The notes beneath the pieces were generated by a model, which saw only the letters and a program-made list of their open reading frames with translations, had not been told where the DNA came from and made no database searches. A stretch of DNA of 64,000 nucleotides from Azolla caroliniana. Lineage: Eukaryota > Plantae > Polypodiophyta. This document shows, piece after piece, positions 10,856-23,510 of this stretch. The stretch is from positions 62,001 to 126,000 of the forward strand of contig JBHGNT010000068.1 in NCBI GenBank assembly GCA_043228905.1. The letters run 5' to 3'. Position numbers and translations under genes: made by a program. Position 1 is the first letter of the stretch, and each line of letters starts with the position of its first letter.

Positions 10856-11153
10856 TGTTGGAGACAAAGGCGTCTGTGCGGAAGATCAAGAAGCATTCGA
10901 TTGCTGTTGAATACCTGCGTATGACAGTTTGTAGGTCGTTGCACAGAGAGAGAGAGACAGAGAGACAGAGAGGCACAAAAGACTTTCTTATTCCATAAAG
11001 CAATAATACAACAACAAAAAAAAAACATTTACAAAAAGGTTACAAGGTCACTATATATAGTGACCGACTTAGGGCAACTACCCTTTATGCTAATTACATA
11101 AATGGCCAAAACGGGATAGTGTGAATACGTCCATTATACACATGTATTCGACA
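10856..11153 (-). repeat. Copia 3' LTR
   Basis: Direct repeat of 16034-16331; adjacent to the PPT. Confidence 0.95.
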
Positions 11154-11346
11154 CTCCCCCGTAATGGGCGTATACATGGGTTATCTAAGATTACAGGTAT
11201 AGACTTAGGTTCTCGGACATATCAGCTTTGTTCGAGTCGGCAGGGTCCAAAGGCAGAAGACCGAACTGGTCGGGTCGGAACAGTTGAAGCCGATCATTAA
11301 GGAACTGATGTCGGTTGTCGGGAACCATCCTGCTCTGTGTCCGGCT

Positions 11347-14300
11347 CTAACCGGACTGGTTTGTCGTTACGCCCATCTGATGCCGAAGAGACCGAAAACG
11401 GTCTGCCGAAAGACACTTGGTCATTCCATCTGCGACATTGTCGGTTGTGGATATTTTCTCTAGACCGATTTTCCCTGAAATGACGCAGTCCCGAACGAAG
11501 TGATATCGAACGTCGATATGTTTGGAGGCGTTGTGGTGAACCGGATTTTTCGACAAGGCAACAGCACCTTGACTGTCGCTGTAGACAACTGGAGCCGAGT
11601 CATGGTCGACTTGTCGAAACGTGTGCGCCAGCCGACCGAGCCACAAAGCTTCTTTTGCTGCGTCGGACGCAGCTACATATTCTGCTTCGGTCGTTGAGGT
11701 CGCTGTGCACTCCTGAAGTTTCGACTTCCACGAGATTGCTCCATTGCCGAATTTGAAGCAGTATCCGGTTGTTGATTTCCGACTGTCTATACAGCCGGCG
11801 AAGTCCGAGTCGGTGTAACCGACTACGCCTGAGGTTCGGTTCGGACCGAAAAGAATGCCGTGGTCTTTTGTGCCAGCCAGATATCTGAACACATGCTTGA
11901 CTGCGTTCCAATGCGATCGGCCAGGATTGTGCATAAATCTGCTAACGACTCCTACGGCGTGAGAAATATCAGGCCGTGTCGCGACCATCAGGTACATAAG
12001 GGAGCCGACTGCCGGTGCATACGGTACCGACTTCATATCTTCCCCCTCCGGACCGGATGTCGGGCAGTCTCGCTGAGAGAGCCGAAGATTCATGGGGAGC
12101 GGGGTTGAAGCAGATTTGGCTGATTGCATGTTGAAGCGTTCTAAGACACGTCGGGTATAGTCGGTCTGAGACAAAAAAAGATGTCGTTTATCGCGATGCC
12201 GACTAATCTTCATGCCAAGGATGTGTCGTGCCGGACCGAGGTCCTTCATGGCAAACTTCAACCGCAGTTGTCGAATGAGATCGGCAAGTTCGCCCGCGTG
12301 GCGTCCAGAAATTAGCATGTCGTCCACGTAAATGATGAGGAAGATGGGTGATCCATCTTGAGCTGTGTTGGTAAAGAGACAATGGTCCTCATCGCTTTTT
12401 AAGAAGCCGATCGATTGGATGAAGTCGTCGAACTTCTTGTACCATTGTCGCGGTGCCTGTTTGAGGCCGTATAGACTCTTCCTGAGTCGGCAGACTAGAT
12501 GTTCTTGGCCGGTTGCCACGAAGCCTTTTGGCTGCTCCATATAAATTTCCTCGTCAAGATCACCATGGAGGAATGCTGTTTTGACATCTAGCTGAATCAG
12601 CTCCAAGTTGTCGGCTGCCACTACGCCGAGTAGAAAACGAAGGGTTGTCATTTTCACCACTGGTGAAAAAATCTCGTCGAAGTCGACGCCATATTCTTGT
12701 CGGAAGCCCTTCGCAACTAATCTGGCCTTGTACTTTGGGGTGGTCGAATCAGACGTCTCTTTTAGTCGATAAACCCACTTGCAAGGAAGAGCACGTCGGT
12801 TCCTAGGTAATTCGACCAGATCCCAAGTCTTGTTTGCCCGAATGGAGTGCATTTCCGACTCCATCGCCAGATGCCAGGTGGCGGAATCGACAGATGTCGA
12901 TGCTTCTTCGTAAGACGTCGGTTCGCCGGCGTCGGTGAAGAAAATTCCAGGAGAATACCTCTCCGGAGGTTGCGACAGTCTCTCGGATCGGCGAGGTAAG
13001 ATTGGACTGGTCGCATCGGGTATCAAGGCCGGATGGTCCGAAAGCGGATTGTTCTGCTGTGCCGAGTCGGGGTTGTCCGAGTCGGTAGTGTAAGGTTCAG
13101 CTACCCGTGAAGCTGACCGTGTGTTGAGAGCAGGGCCTTCTTGAAGGGTCGGCACATCGGAAAATGTTACCCTTCGGACTTCGATCGGTTTTTCGACTAA
13201 TGGATTCATAGCCGACTCGTTGAACACAACGTCCGAACTTCGAACGATTTGTCTGCGTTCGGGGTCCCAGAGTCGGTATCCCATTTCGCCGTCGGATCCA
13301 TATCCAAGGAAAATGCATTTCCTGGACCGAGGTGCAAGTTTTCGGCGATCATCTTTCGGAATAAGGGCGTACGCCTCGCATCCGAAGATCCTCAGCTTGT
13401 CGTAATTCGGCTTACTGCCGATCCATAGTTCCTGAGGAATTTGAAGTCCTAGAGGTCTACTTGGCGACATATTGATTATGTGTACTGCCGTGAGTAGAGC
13501 CTCTGCCCAGAAGCCATCCGACAGTCCGGAGTGTTGGAGCATGGAAACTATCCGTTCTTGGATTGTCCGATTCATGCGTTCGGCAATCCCGTTTTGCTCC
13601 GGACTGTGTGGTGCCGTAAATTCACGTCGGATGCCGCGTTGTCGGCAGAATTTGACGAATTCTTCGGATTTAAACTCTCCCCCATTGTCTGTCCGAAAGC
13701 ATTTCAGCTTTCGGTCGGTTTGATTTTCTACCATAGCGAGCCAATCGGTGAAGATCGAGAAGACCCGATCTTTGGTGCGAATTGGATAAGCCCACACCTT
13801 TCGAGTCGAATCGTCAATAAAAGTGACGAAGTAAGAGGCACCGCCGAGAGACTGATGCGGCATTGGGCCACAGACGTCCGAGTGGACCAAATCGAGAGGT
13901 CTCGTTTCTCTTGGTGCTGATGTCGGGTGTGATGCGGCTGCTTGTTTGCCATACTGGCAATGCTCGCAGAATTGATGGTCCGAGAAGGAGAGTTTGGGGA
14001 TGTATCCGGCTCTAGATAGGTGCGTGATGCCGGCCTTGCTGAGGTGTCCTAATCTTCGGTGCCATAGTGATGACACAGGAATATCCACCAAAAACAGGTT
14101 ACCCTCTCTGAGCGTAACATGTAACGGATACAGGGAGTGTATCTTGGGTCCTCTAGCAAGCAGGAGGTTCCCCCTGTGGAGTGTCCACCCTCCCGAAGAA
14201 AAACCGGCACGAATGCCGTCTTCATCTAGTTGTCCGACTGAGATCAATGGCCTTGAGAGCTCGGGTACATGTCGGACATTGTGGAGTACAAGTGTAGAGC

Positions 14301-15363
14301 CACCTGCAAGGTTGAGCTCTACTGTGCCGATTCCGATGATGTCACAGTGTTGTGAGTTGCCGACTCGAACTGAGTCGGAGTGACGGATCGTATATTGCCG
14401 AAATTGGGATCGATGAGGAGTCACGTGAAATGACGCGCCCGAATCTAAGAGCCATGTGCTCGATTCTTCAGTCGTGAGTAGAACTTCTGATCCGACTGGA
14501 TTTTCGATTGATAGTATATTCGGGTCGTCCGGTAGTACATCAGCTGAGAAGCTGACGTAATTGATCTCCTCATGCCGGCCACTCTTCTTGTTGTTCTTGT
14601 TCTTGAGTGCGCGGCAGTCGGCTTTGATGTGTCCGAGTTTCTTGCAATAGTTGCAGATTCGGTTATCCCGTGACTGGCTCCGTCTTCGCTGATTGTTCGG
14701 CGGCCGTGAGGAATCTCTTCCTCGTATGTTCGATCGGTCTGTCGAACCTTGTACTACGTAAGCGTCGTCTGTTGAGTCTTTGGCGAAAGACTTTCTCCGA
14801 GCTGCTTCGGTCAGGATTGCGCTCGTGACTTCGGAGTATTTAACAGCCGTGGTTGACGCGTTGCACACGGTTGTGACGAAAGTTTCCCATGATGAGGGAA
14901 GGCTGCTCATGAGTATCATTGCTCTGAGTTCATCCTCGATCGCCGTCCCCTGTGACGAGATTTGGGAGCTTATGCTTTCGTACTCATTGAGGTGTGCTTG
15001 AACCAAATCGGATTCTTTCATCCGCAAGTTGTAGAGGCGCCGGATCAGAAACATCTTCGTTGCGGCGACCTTCTTTTCGTAAGTGTCCGACAGTGTTTTC
15101 CACAGTTCGAATGCTGTCGTACACGATTGCACCGTAAAGTATACCGATTCCGATAGGTGCATCCGAATCGTGGCGCGGACAATTCTGTCCAGCTTCTGCC
15201 ACTCAATTGGTTTGTATCCTTCTGGAGGTTCTTCATTTTCGATGGGATCGATTTGCCCCTTGACTATGAGATAGTCCTGCATTTGTTCCTTCCAGAAGTT
15301 GAAGTTCGATCCATCGAACTTTCGTAGACTCATTTCTGACGAGCCGGATGTTGATGCCATCAA
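11347..15363 (-). CDS. Copia Gag-Pol polyprotein (gag, protease, integrase, RT, RNase H), 1338 aa
   Basis: Zinc knuckle CNYCKKLGHIKADC; protease LDSGAS; integrase WHRRLGH..CEHC, HSDVCGP, TDNGGEF; RT YKARLVAKGF, YVDD; RNase H YTDSD, KHIDVRYHF. Domain order is PR-IN-RT-RH. Confidence 0.97.
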   Translation of the reverse strand: MMASTSGSSEMSLRKFDGSNFNFWKEQMQDYLIVKGQIDPIENEEPPEGYKPIEWQKLDRIVRATIRMHLSESVYFTVQSCTTAFELWKTLSDTYEKKVAATKMFLIRRLYNLRMKESDLVQAHLNEYESISSQISSQGTAIEDELRAMILMSSLPSSWETFVTTVCNASTTAVKYSEVTSAILTEAARRKSFAKDSTDDAYVVQGSTDRSNIRGRDSSRPPNNQRRRSQSRDNRICNYCKKLGHIKADCRALKNKNNKKSGRHEEINYVSFSADVLPDDPNILSIENPVGSEVLLTTEESSTWLLDSGASFHVTPHRSQFRQYTIRHSDSVRVGNSQHCDIIGIGTVELNLAGGSTLVLHNVRHVPELSRPLISVGQLDEDGIRAGFSSGGWTLHRGNLLLARGPKIHSLYPLHVTLREGNLFLVDIPVSSLWHRRLGHLSKAGITHLSRAGYIPKLSFSDHQFCEHCQYGKQAAASHPTSAPRETRPLDLVHSDVCGPMPHQSLGGASYFVTFIDDSTRKVWAYPIRTKDRVFSIFTDWLAMVENQTDRKLKCFRTDNGGEFKSEEFVKFCRQRGIRREFTAPHSPEQNGIAERMNRTIQERIVSMLQHSGLSDGFWAEALLTAVHIINMSPSRPLGLQIPQELWIGSKPNYDKLRIFGCEAYALIPKDDRRKLAPRSRKCIFLGYGSDGEMGYRLWDPERRQIVRSSDVVFNESAMNPLVEKPIEVRRVTFSDVPTLQEGPALNTRSASRVAEPYTTDSDNPDSAQQNNPLSDHPALIPDATSPILPRRSERLSQPPERYSPGIFFTDAGEPTSYEEASTSVDSATWHLAMESEMHSIRANKTWDLVELPRNRRALPCKWVYRLKETSDSTTPKYKARLVAKGFRQEYGVDFDEIFSPVVKMTTLRFLLGVVAADNLELIQLDVKTAFLHGDLDEEIYMEQPKGFVATGQEHLVCRLRKSLYGLKQAPRQWYKKFDDFIQSIGFLKSDEDHCLFTNTAQDGSPIFLIIYVDDMLISGRHAGELADLIRQLRLKFAMKDLGPARHILGMKISRHRDKRHLFLSQTDYTRRVLERFNMQSAKSASTPLPMNLRLSQRDCPTSGPEGEDMKSVPYAPAVGSLMYLMVATRPDISHAVGVVSRFMHNPGRSHWNAVKHVFRYLAGTKDHGILFGPNRTSGVVGYTDSDFAGCIDSRKSTTGYCFKFGNGAISWKSKLQECTATSTTEAEYVAASDAAKEALWLGRLAHTFRQVDHDSAPVVYSDSQGAVALSKNPVHHNASKHIDVRYHFVRDCVISGKIGLEKISTTDNVADGMTKCLSADRFRSLRHQMGVTTNQSG

Positions 15364-16033
15364 ATTTGGTTTCGGTTGACGAAGCTCGGTTCGGAGTTGA
15401 CTACGAGCCTTGTTGGAGTGCAGCCGGTTGGCTCACCCGATATCGCTCTAGTCGGATTTGAACCCGAGTCGGTTCGGCTTCGGAACTTGCTCGAATTGAC
15501 TCCGGTAGCTTGAGGGACAGAACCGACTGGTCTTCCCGAATGTTGCCGAGTCGGAGTGAGCCCGGTTCGCTTCGGATATATATGCCGAATACCGATTATT
15601 GAAACCGATTATCTGGACCGATTCTGCTTCGGTTGACTGCAGCAACGAGAGAGACGGATCCGACTGATCCTCCCGAATGTCGATCAGCCAGATGAAGCAC
15701 GAATTTGGGGTTGTTGTCTTGAGACCGATCTGCACCGAGTGGTTACAACGAGCGGCGAGCAGCGTTTGATGACCTCTTCGGATGCCGTTTAACCGAATGG
15801 AGCACGATCGTGTCAAAGTTGCACAAGGGGATTTCACCTCGAGCGGTTACGATCACAAGGAACGGAGTACAACCTGCTGGCTTACTCCAAGCAAAGATGA
15901 TCTAACGCGATGAGATGCAGGCCTCGTTTTTCTTCTTCTTCTCTCTTTTTCGAATGACGCAGGAAACCGAATGCTGAGACGACGGCCGACAGCGGATTGA
16001 AGGACCGACTACTGTGCAGGCTCTGATACCAGA

Positions 16034-16331
16034 TGTTGGAGACAAAGTCGTCTGTGCGGAAGATCAAGAAGCATTCGATTGCTGTTGAATACCTGCGTAT
16101 GACAGTTTGTAGGTCGTTGCACAGAGAGAGAGAGAGAGAGAGACAGAGAGGCACAAAAGACTTTCTTATTCCATAAAGCAATAATACAACAACCAAAAAA
16201 AAACCTTTACAAAAAGGTTACAAGGTCACTATATATAGTGACCGACTTAGGGCAACTACCCTTTATGCTAATTACATAAATGGCCAAAACGGGATAGTGT
16301 GAATACGTCCATTATACACATGTATTCGACA
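16034..16331 (-). repeat. Copia 5' LTR
   Basis: Direct repeat of 10856-11153; adjacent to the PBS. Confidence 0.95.
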
Positions 16332-17000
16332 CAACCTATGCCGAGATAAGGGCAAAATACCAAGACATACTTGGTCCATCTCCCACCCTCCCCAAACTAT
16401 TAGATACTCTAGATATAAAGAAATTAGGCAAATACATTCTAGAGCTAAAACAACACAGAGAGAATAAATTACAAAATGTTGACAATAATGTTGCTAATGA
16501 TCACGAACATGTAACAAATGCAGTTTTTCAGGAACCTGAGGAGACAACGAATGCCGACACACTTGCACCACTCGGCCTTTCCATTGATGAGGCAAAAAAC
16601 CAGAGAAGAACCAGACGTCCTCGGGTGCCGGGTTTCAAAGCAACTCGACGTGATGTGGAAGCAATATTGAAAATAAGGGAACGTGAGCTACACCGCCTAG
16701 AAGCCATGGCTAGGGCACTCTCTACATTGGAACCCACATCAAGACCCTTTGACCCCCCACTTCTTTTCGAGAGGCTTGGGTGGAAATAAAATTAGGCTTA
16801 GTGTATAGTCACTTTCGAGTATACTACATATTGTACACTACTAGAACTCTTTTAGTTTAAGTTCTATTTGTTTTACTTAATTTTATTTTAGTTATGATGA
16901 CTGGATAAATACTCTATTGTTATAAACCAATTGTCTCATGGGCCAAATTTGGCCTTAGAAGACGTTAATACATCTTTCTTTCTTTCTTTCTTTCTCTCTC
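16332..17000 (+). mobile_element. LINE 3' segment (ORF2 C-terminus, 3'UTR and (tttc)n tail) closing the array
   Basis: Near-identical to 7836-8497. Confidence 0.92.
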
Positions 17001-20000
17001 ACTATGGAAGTGCTCAAGTAGTTACCCTAGGATTAGGGCTAAGTACACTTGTTTGGCACAACAAACTTTGTTTAAGACAACATCCACTAATTCCCTCACA
17101 AAAATAAATTTCCCTTTTCAAACCAAGGTTATTAAGGAATGATTACAAATGGGAAATATAAAGTGATGTTTACTAGGTATATAGTTGCAAAGAAAGGGAG
17201 TAAACAAGGAGAAATGATCTTTTTGTGGCCCGACCTCACGAGTAAGGATAGTTGCACCTTTTGTTATCGTGACTTTCCACTCCCTCTTTTGCATCCTCCT
17301 TTCTTCATCTTTCTCCCGTTTCTTTGAGGAAGAAGTGCCCAACAAACAACCTTGGTAAAGAATAAAGAAGGAATGTTGCCCAATAGCCACTCTCACACCA
17401 TACACAAAAACCCTAAACTCAAGAGGATGAAGAAGAAAACAAAAAAGCCTCACAAACCCTAAAATCAGAACATAAATAATTTCTAAGACCTTTGAGCAAC
17501 CAAACCCCTTAGGGCCCTCAATTCCCCTTCTTATAGTGGAAGAAGAAGCTAACCCATTGCATTAAATACTCCACCTCCACAAAAAGGCCAAAAAAGAGGT
17601 AGTTAATGCCCCATGCATACAAAGATTCTAACCATACAATGGCTCTTACACAATCGGATGCCTTAAACATTAGGACATTAATTATCTATCATTTAGATAT
17701 TGCCATCTATTTTTACACCTATTTTTCGCCTCATTTCCCACCATTCTATCTTATCACAACAATGTACCTTAGAGCTTAATCCTCTTGTAACATGCTTATC
17801 TCTCATTGGTTATGACTCCAACCATTTAACCTAATGTCACCTTAAGTCTTAATAGTAAGTATGTAGTGTTTAGGTTGCTTGTTATAACTTTGGAAGAGTG
17901 ATATCTTGTTCTTCAATCGAGTGTTAGCTTCATGTTTTCATTATCTTTTATGTTAAGCAATTTAACATCTCTATTGAAGTCATTAAGCTTGCTTGATTAA
18001 GTCTTGACCTCATGAGTGTAAATGCTAAGTTTAGAGTTTGGTTGCTTGCTTACCAATATTTGCTAATAGGCTTAGGAGTGGATTGACACCCACCCTAAAC
18101 CCTAAACAATAGAGCAGAAGTTGTCCCTACCTCATATATATTGGTCCTAAGTTAGCTAGATAATATTGATTAGTGCAACATGAGGTAAGTGCTAAATTTC
18201 TCATAATCGGCATTGTGGTCGGGGGCTTGGGGAATTCTTGTAGCCTTGACAAAGAAATCCTTTTGAGTGTATAAGAAGCACTGAGATAAAAAGAGGCCTC
18301 AAGAAGCTCTCTAACATTATTGGCCTAACTTTCTCCCTCGTACAATTAATTGTGTGATTATAGTTTTGCATTCACTGATTAATCCAATTACATTATGTAA
18401 TTTTCACATATTAGAATTATTATTATTATTTGTTCTTGTCTATCTTTTCACCTAAGCTATATTCATACTTGTTTTCAACAACAAGAAAATGAAATATTGC
18501 TAAAAACAATTCGAATGTAATTCTCCGCAAAACTCCTTTTCCCCACATTACTAAAGGTAGTTTTCTTTAACTAAAAACAAATAGAATATCATTTTTTGAA
18601 AGCAAGCAAACTTTTTTGTGATAAAAGAAAACTACTCTCTTTTTACAATGCTCAAGTACATAGTTTTGAGTTTATTTGAGTAAAAATATATTATAAGTGG
18701 AAATCGAAATTATGAACACAATTATCACATGCTTAAGAAAGAGGAACAAACCCAAGGCATTATGTCGAAATGTAGCATGTTACTGCTTTTGCAGGTATGA
18801 TGCATTCAAGAACAATCACCAGTGACCACCATTACCATTACAAGGGGATGGAGTACATTCTGGTGATAAATCTCTTGATGAATCATATGAATACGCACAT
18901 CAACTAGGTTGAATTCACACTGAATTTCAAGGGAAGACACAAAATTTAAGTTCAATTTGTTCTACTCAATAACTTAAAAGTCCCAAATTTTAAATACTCA
19001 CTTAGGATGATCCACCTTTTGTACTTATGTTTTGATTCCCAAACATGTAGAAAAAACATATTTCCTTTATATGAGCTTATAAAGAGAGTAGTTACTATTG
19101 AGAATACATATGTTAAAACTTAAAAGTATTAATGATTGTGTATGTTATTTCCTACTTGTCATTATCACAATAAAATAGACAAAAATCCAACTTGGAAATT
19201 CAAGTAAAATGGGATGTTCTTTTTCATCGGTACCAACATGGTGCCTTCTAGTACAAATTCTTTGTAAATGTGAAAAACACGTGCTTCAAAAAGCTTCGAA
19301 TTTTATTGGTCTTGTTTTTGTTGATTTCGAATATTACATGTAAATGGCATGTAGGGATGGAGTTACACCTATGGAATAGATCAACACTCTACTGAACAAG
19401 CCAAATACTTTTCAATCATAGCAATCAAATTTCTTAAATTGTGTGAACAAGACACAAGGCCCAATGTGACATAATGGATCTAGAAACTAAATAGAGGAAG
19501 AGATAGATTTCTTTTTAATGTCCACAAGAGATTGACTGTGAGAAAATGTTTAACAATTAGGTATCAGTTAATAGAGGTGTATCATGTATGATTGGCTCCT
19601 ATTGCCTACCTTAGTTTTAAGGTTTTTTTTCTTATCATGAATGTCATGATAATATCAAAATATGAATAATAAATATTAGTGTTACGATTAAGAGCTTTTA
19701 AAGAAGAGCACATACCTACTAAACGGTCTAATACTTGGTAAGGAGGGCAAATTAAGATACCAAGAAGAGAAAAGGAACTTCATATTAAGTCAAAAGTTAG
19801 TGACGAAGATGTGGTAAGGTGGGCAAATGACCTCTTGATTGACATCAAACATAAAAGTTCCTTGCATCTCTTTGTATCTTCTAACTTCTTCCCATATTTT
19901 GTTTTCTCTCTTCCCATATTTTGTTTTCTCTCTCCTCGAGTTCTACAAAGTTAGCATATTCCCGTCAAGCAAGAATCTAGGGCTAGAACTCCTCCATACC

Positions 20001-21605
20001 TCGTTTTACTACCATGACTTCATGGTGTAGCAAAAATATCTATGTCCATGCATGGGTTATAACGTCATTTATGCTCATAAAAAACATATTATTTCTCTTG
20101 AGACATATTGGCAAATAAATAGTTTGATATAAGTATTTGTAGAGTATGGGGAGGGATTATAGTGAGCTTTTTGGAAACAAAAGCTCATCTAAGAGAGGTA
20201 ATGTTATCAAACATCTACTATATAAGTTCCTAGTTCCCATTTGATCTAGGTATATGCCTATTATGGTGAGGGATATTTGGCTTTTCAAGTTGGGGATCAA
20301 AAACAAAAGTTCTTCAATCATAGGCAATATTAACAAACACCCTACTCTATCATGTTCACTCTAGAGAAATTGATAAGATATGTAAAGGTTTCATATTTTG
20401 GTAATTGTTTGACTGATGGAAAGCAGAGATTATGCTTCGCATCGTTGCCAGGTTCGAAGTAATTCGATTATATATATATATAGAAAAATCAAGTTCTCGT
20501 AAGTTCCAACTTTAAGATTTTCTTAGAAAGAGCAAAGCTTTATTGAAATGATAGCAAAATTTGGGCATGTTACCTCGTGTTACGTTTGAATTTAAGACAG
20601 CAAAGGGATCTATTTGGTACAACACATCAAGTAGAAACGCGTTAAAAGCAAATAAAAATAGAAATCGAGACACAAACACAGACCCCAAAAATGTTCCCTG
20701 TAACTTATCGATGAAATTTGTACGATTTTTTTAGCACTTATGGGTGGTCGATAATTAGCTAAAGAACACCTTTGACTCTTGAGGTGCCCTACTTTTTTTG
20801 TCCAAGAAAATTACTACATTACTATTAGGAATGCCCTAAGGCTGCACATGAAATATGTACATATAGGAAATTACCACCGGATTTTGATTAAGGTTAAGTT
20901 CTAAGTTCTAACTATCAACATAAAAAAATACTTTGGGGTGGAGTAAAGCCACTCCACCTTGGCAAATTTCCTCTTATAAAATATTCCTTTGTTCCATGCG
21001 GCATGAAACTCCAATCTTTGTAACTCTCCCTATTGCATATTACATTTTATGTTATGCAGAGACCGTATGAGATTATGCACAATCTTTGTCCAAATCCTAG
21101 TAATTATCTAAGTAGGTCTTTGTCACATTCTGGAATACCTTCAAAGAAAAATGATAATGGCAATTTGCATTGTTTTCCAATCACATGACATTGTTGGTGT
21201 GCAACCATTAAAAGAAGACTATGAATGATTATCAAGGTTGGTCATACAATTAAATTTACAAAGAGACGATGAATGATTGTTAAGAACAACAATAATTAAG
21301 AGTAATAAATTATATTGGATTCACAAAAGGCCAAATAAATATAGTTAAGGCAAGTGGCATATGGGCGAGACAAGTTAAGTTCAATGGGTTTACGTTGTTC
21401 CATTTGGTATTGGAGTGACCCATCTTTAAATATGGACAATAGATGGCTTCCTGAGATAGAAACCCAAACAAAATAGGTCCTCAAATGTCCATACCATTCT
21501 TGAAAGAAATGGTACTATTTGCCTAAGGTATCATATAGTATACAATACATATACACATGTAATGTTCCTCTAACTTAGTGTCCCACACATAACTAGCATG
21601 TTATG

Positions 21606-21895
21606 TTATCCATACTATGGTATGAAGCATACATACCATTGGTGCATTCTCATTCGCAAACATTCTTAACATTTGCATATGAAAAGCACCCTTGAAGTAT
21701 ATGGTAAATACCATACTTTTGCACTCATTATTTATTATAAGGTAATTTTTTTTTAAGGTAAGAAATTTAAGGTAAGTTAAGGTAAAAGTGTAAAAGAAAA
21801 CACAAGAATGTTTTAATAACATATGCATTCGTCTGCACACGTATGAAAACGAATGTTCGGGCTAACGAACACGAATATTACTTACTATGATCCAT
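21606..21895. repeat. Dispersed repeat (MITE-like), related to 32303-32590
   Basis: Shared blocks in the same order: tatgaa.cata, cattcgc, aaataccatactttt, tatttattat.aggta, acaagaatgtt, gaaaacgaatgtt, acgaacacgaat, tactatg. No TSD confirmed. Confidence 0.55.
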
Positions 21896-22542
21896 ACTAT
21901 TAGGTGCGTATTTGTTCAATAGTCACGCATTAGGACATGCATAGATGTGTACGGTTCCATATGTCTATTGTCAAATGGTATGGTGAATCCAACATTGGAG
22001 AAAGCGGATACAATAAGATGAAGGAACGCGGATGACTAAACAAACACGAGTGTTCTCAATGTCTCAATAGTAACGAGAGAAAAGGAATGGAGCCCATGCT
22101 AGCCCATGCTACAAGTGAGGTGTGTGTGAAAACAATGAAATAATCTATCCATGCCTACACACTGTAATGTGGGGATGGGCATTGGGCAGGGCAGGGGGGG
22201 GGGGGGGGAGTAAGTAAAAACCAGGAATCTCTCTCTCTAAACCTCAGTAAAAGTAGTAGGAGTAGGAGTAGGAATAGGTGTACTCAGAGTAGTAGCTGAG
22301 GAAGAGGAGGAAGAAGAAGAAGAATCTATGGGGCAACTCTCACATGATTGCAGATAGCTTAAGCCTTAGATATAGGGTGGGGAGAGACCAACCAATATCA
22401 TCTCATATCCTCTGTAGATACATACATACTGATACAACCATATCACACACCATCAGATTCTTCCAACCATCCATCCATCCTTTCACCCATTCCCCATTGC
22501 ATTGCAATCATAGTAAAATCCCACATCCATCCAGATTTTTCC

Positions 22543-23461
22543 ATGGCCCAGCAGCTTGAATGCCATGTTTGTGTTCCCCTGCTTGCCCCCACCATTCCTG
22601 AGATGTTGCAGCAGATGCATAAGGCTTGTGACGAGGGCGCGGACATGGTCGAGTTCCGTCTCGACCACCTCCATCTCCCTGACCTCCACCTAACCCCCTC
22701 TCAATACCTCCCTTTGCTCCTCCGATCCCGCCCTGTGCCTGCCATTGTCACCTACAGGTACCTCCCTCCCTCCCTCAATTAAAAAACCAGCCAAGCATAC
22801 ATTCATACATACATACATGTACATACATCTCCCATTGATACATATTATGATATAGCTTCTTGGTGGGTTTATATGCAGGCCTCAATGGGGTGGGGGCCAA
22901 TACAATGGTGATGAATCCCTGCGCCTAGAAGCCCTCCGATTGGCTTTTACACTCGGGGCTGATTTCATTGATGTCGAATTAGAAGTAATGTTTTCTGACT
23001 TCTTCGTCGTCGTCGTCCTCCTTTATGCATTTGATATCTATACCAAGAAGAAGAAATGCCAGACTATCTATGTTTGTTTTGCCCTATAGATTATTTTGTG
23101 CAAGACTTATGTGCTTCATCCATAATAAAGCAGCATTACTGCTTCTTGTGTGTTCATGGTATGTTTAGGTGGCTTCGCGCTTTGTCGAGGGCCTTGACCG
23201 GAGCCTCAGTGATTGCAAGATCATAGTTTCAGACCACAATTTCGAAGAGACTCCATCGCGAGAGGAGCTTGGATCATTGGTTGCAAGGATCCAATCGACG
23301 GGAGCAGATATTGTTAAGGTTGTGACAACTGCAAAGAAGATTACGGATGTGGCGGCAGTGTTTAGCATTCTTACCAGCTCCCAGGTACACACATTCATCT
23401 CTTTACTCATCATCATTGTCATTGTCATTGTCGTCCACATCATAATCATCATCATAATACC

Positions 23462-23510
<49 letters not shown>

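Larger units (their letters stand above)
10856..16331 (-). mobile_element. Intact Ty1/Copia LTR retrotransposon
   Basis: 298-bp LTRs (TG...CA) at 10856-11153 and 16034-16331 with about 4 differences. PBS TGGTATCAGAGC (initiator Met tRNA) at 16020-16031 on the minus strand, PPT GGGGGAG at 11154-11160, and a single gag-pol ORF. Confidence 0.96.

Noticed and set aside
15448-15837. 129-aa ORF in the Copia leader as an extra gene
   Set aside because: Non-ATG start, no recognisable domain, and expected by chance in a GC-rich leader.
18092-18106. ccctaaaccctaaa telomere-like motif
   Set aside because: Only two units; common in plant LTR relics and by chance.
17001-20400. Possible old LTR-retrotransposon relic hosting the LINE array (with 2300-2637)
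   Set aside because: Composition is suggestive, but I could not identify termini, a TSD or coding motifs.
22328-22357. Upstream ATG as the start of a transit-peptide exon for DHQ-SDH copy 2
   Set aside because: It stops after 9 codons and has no evident splice donor; at most a uORF.
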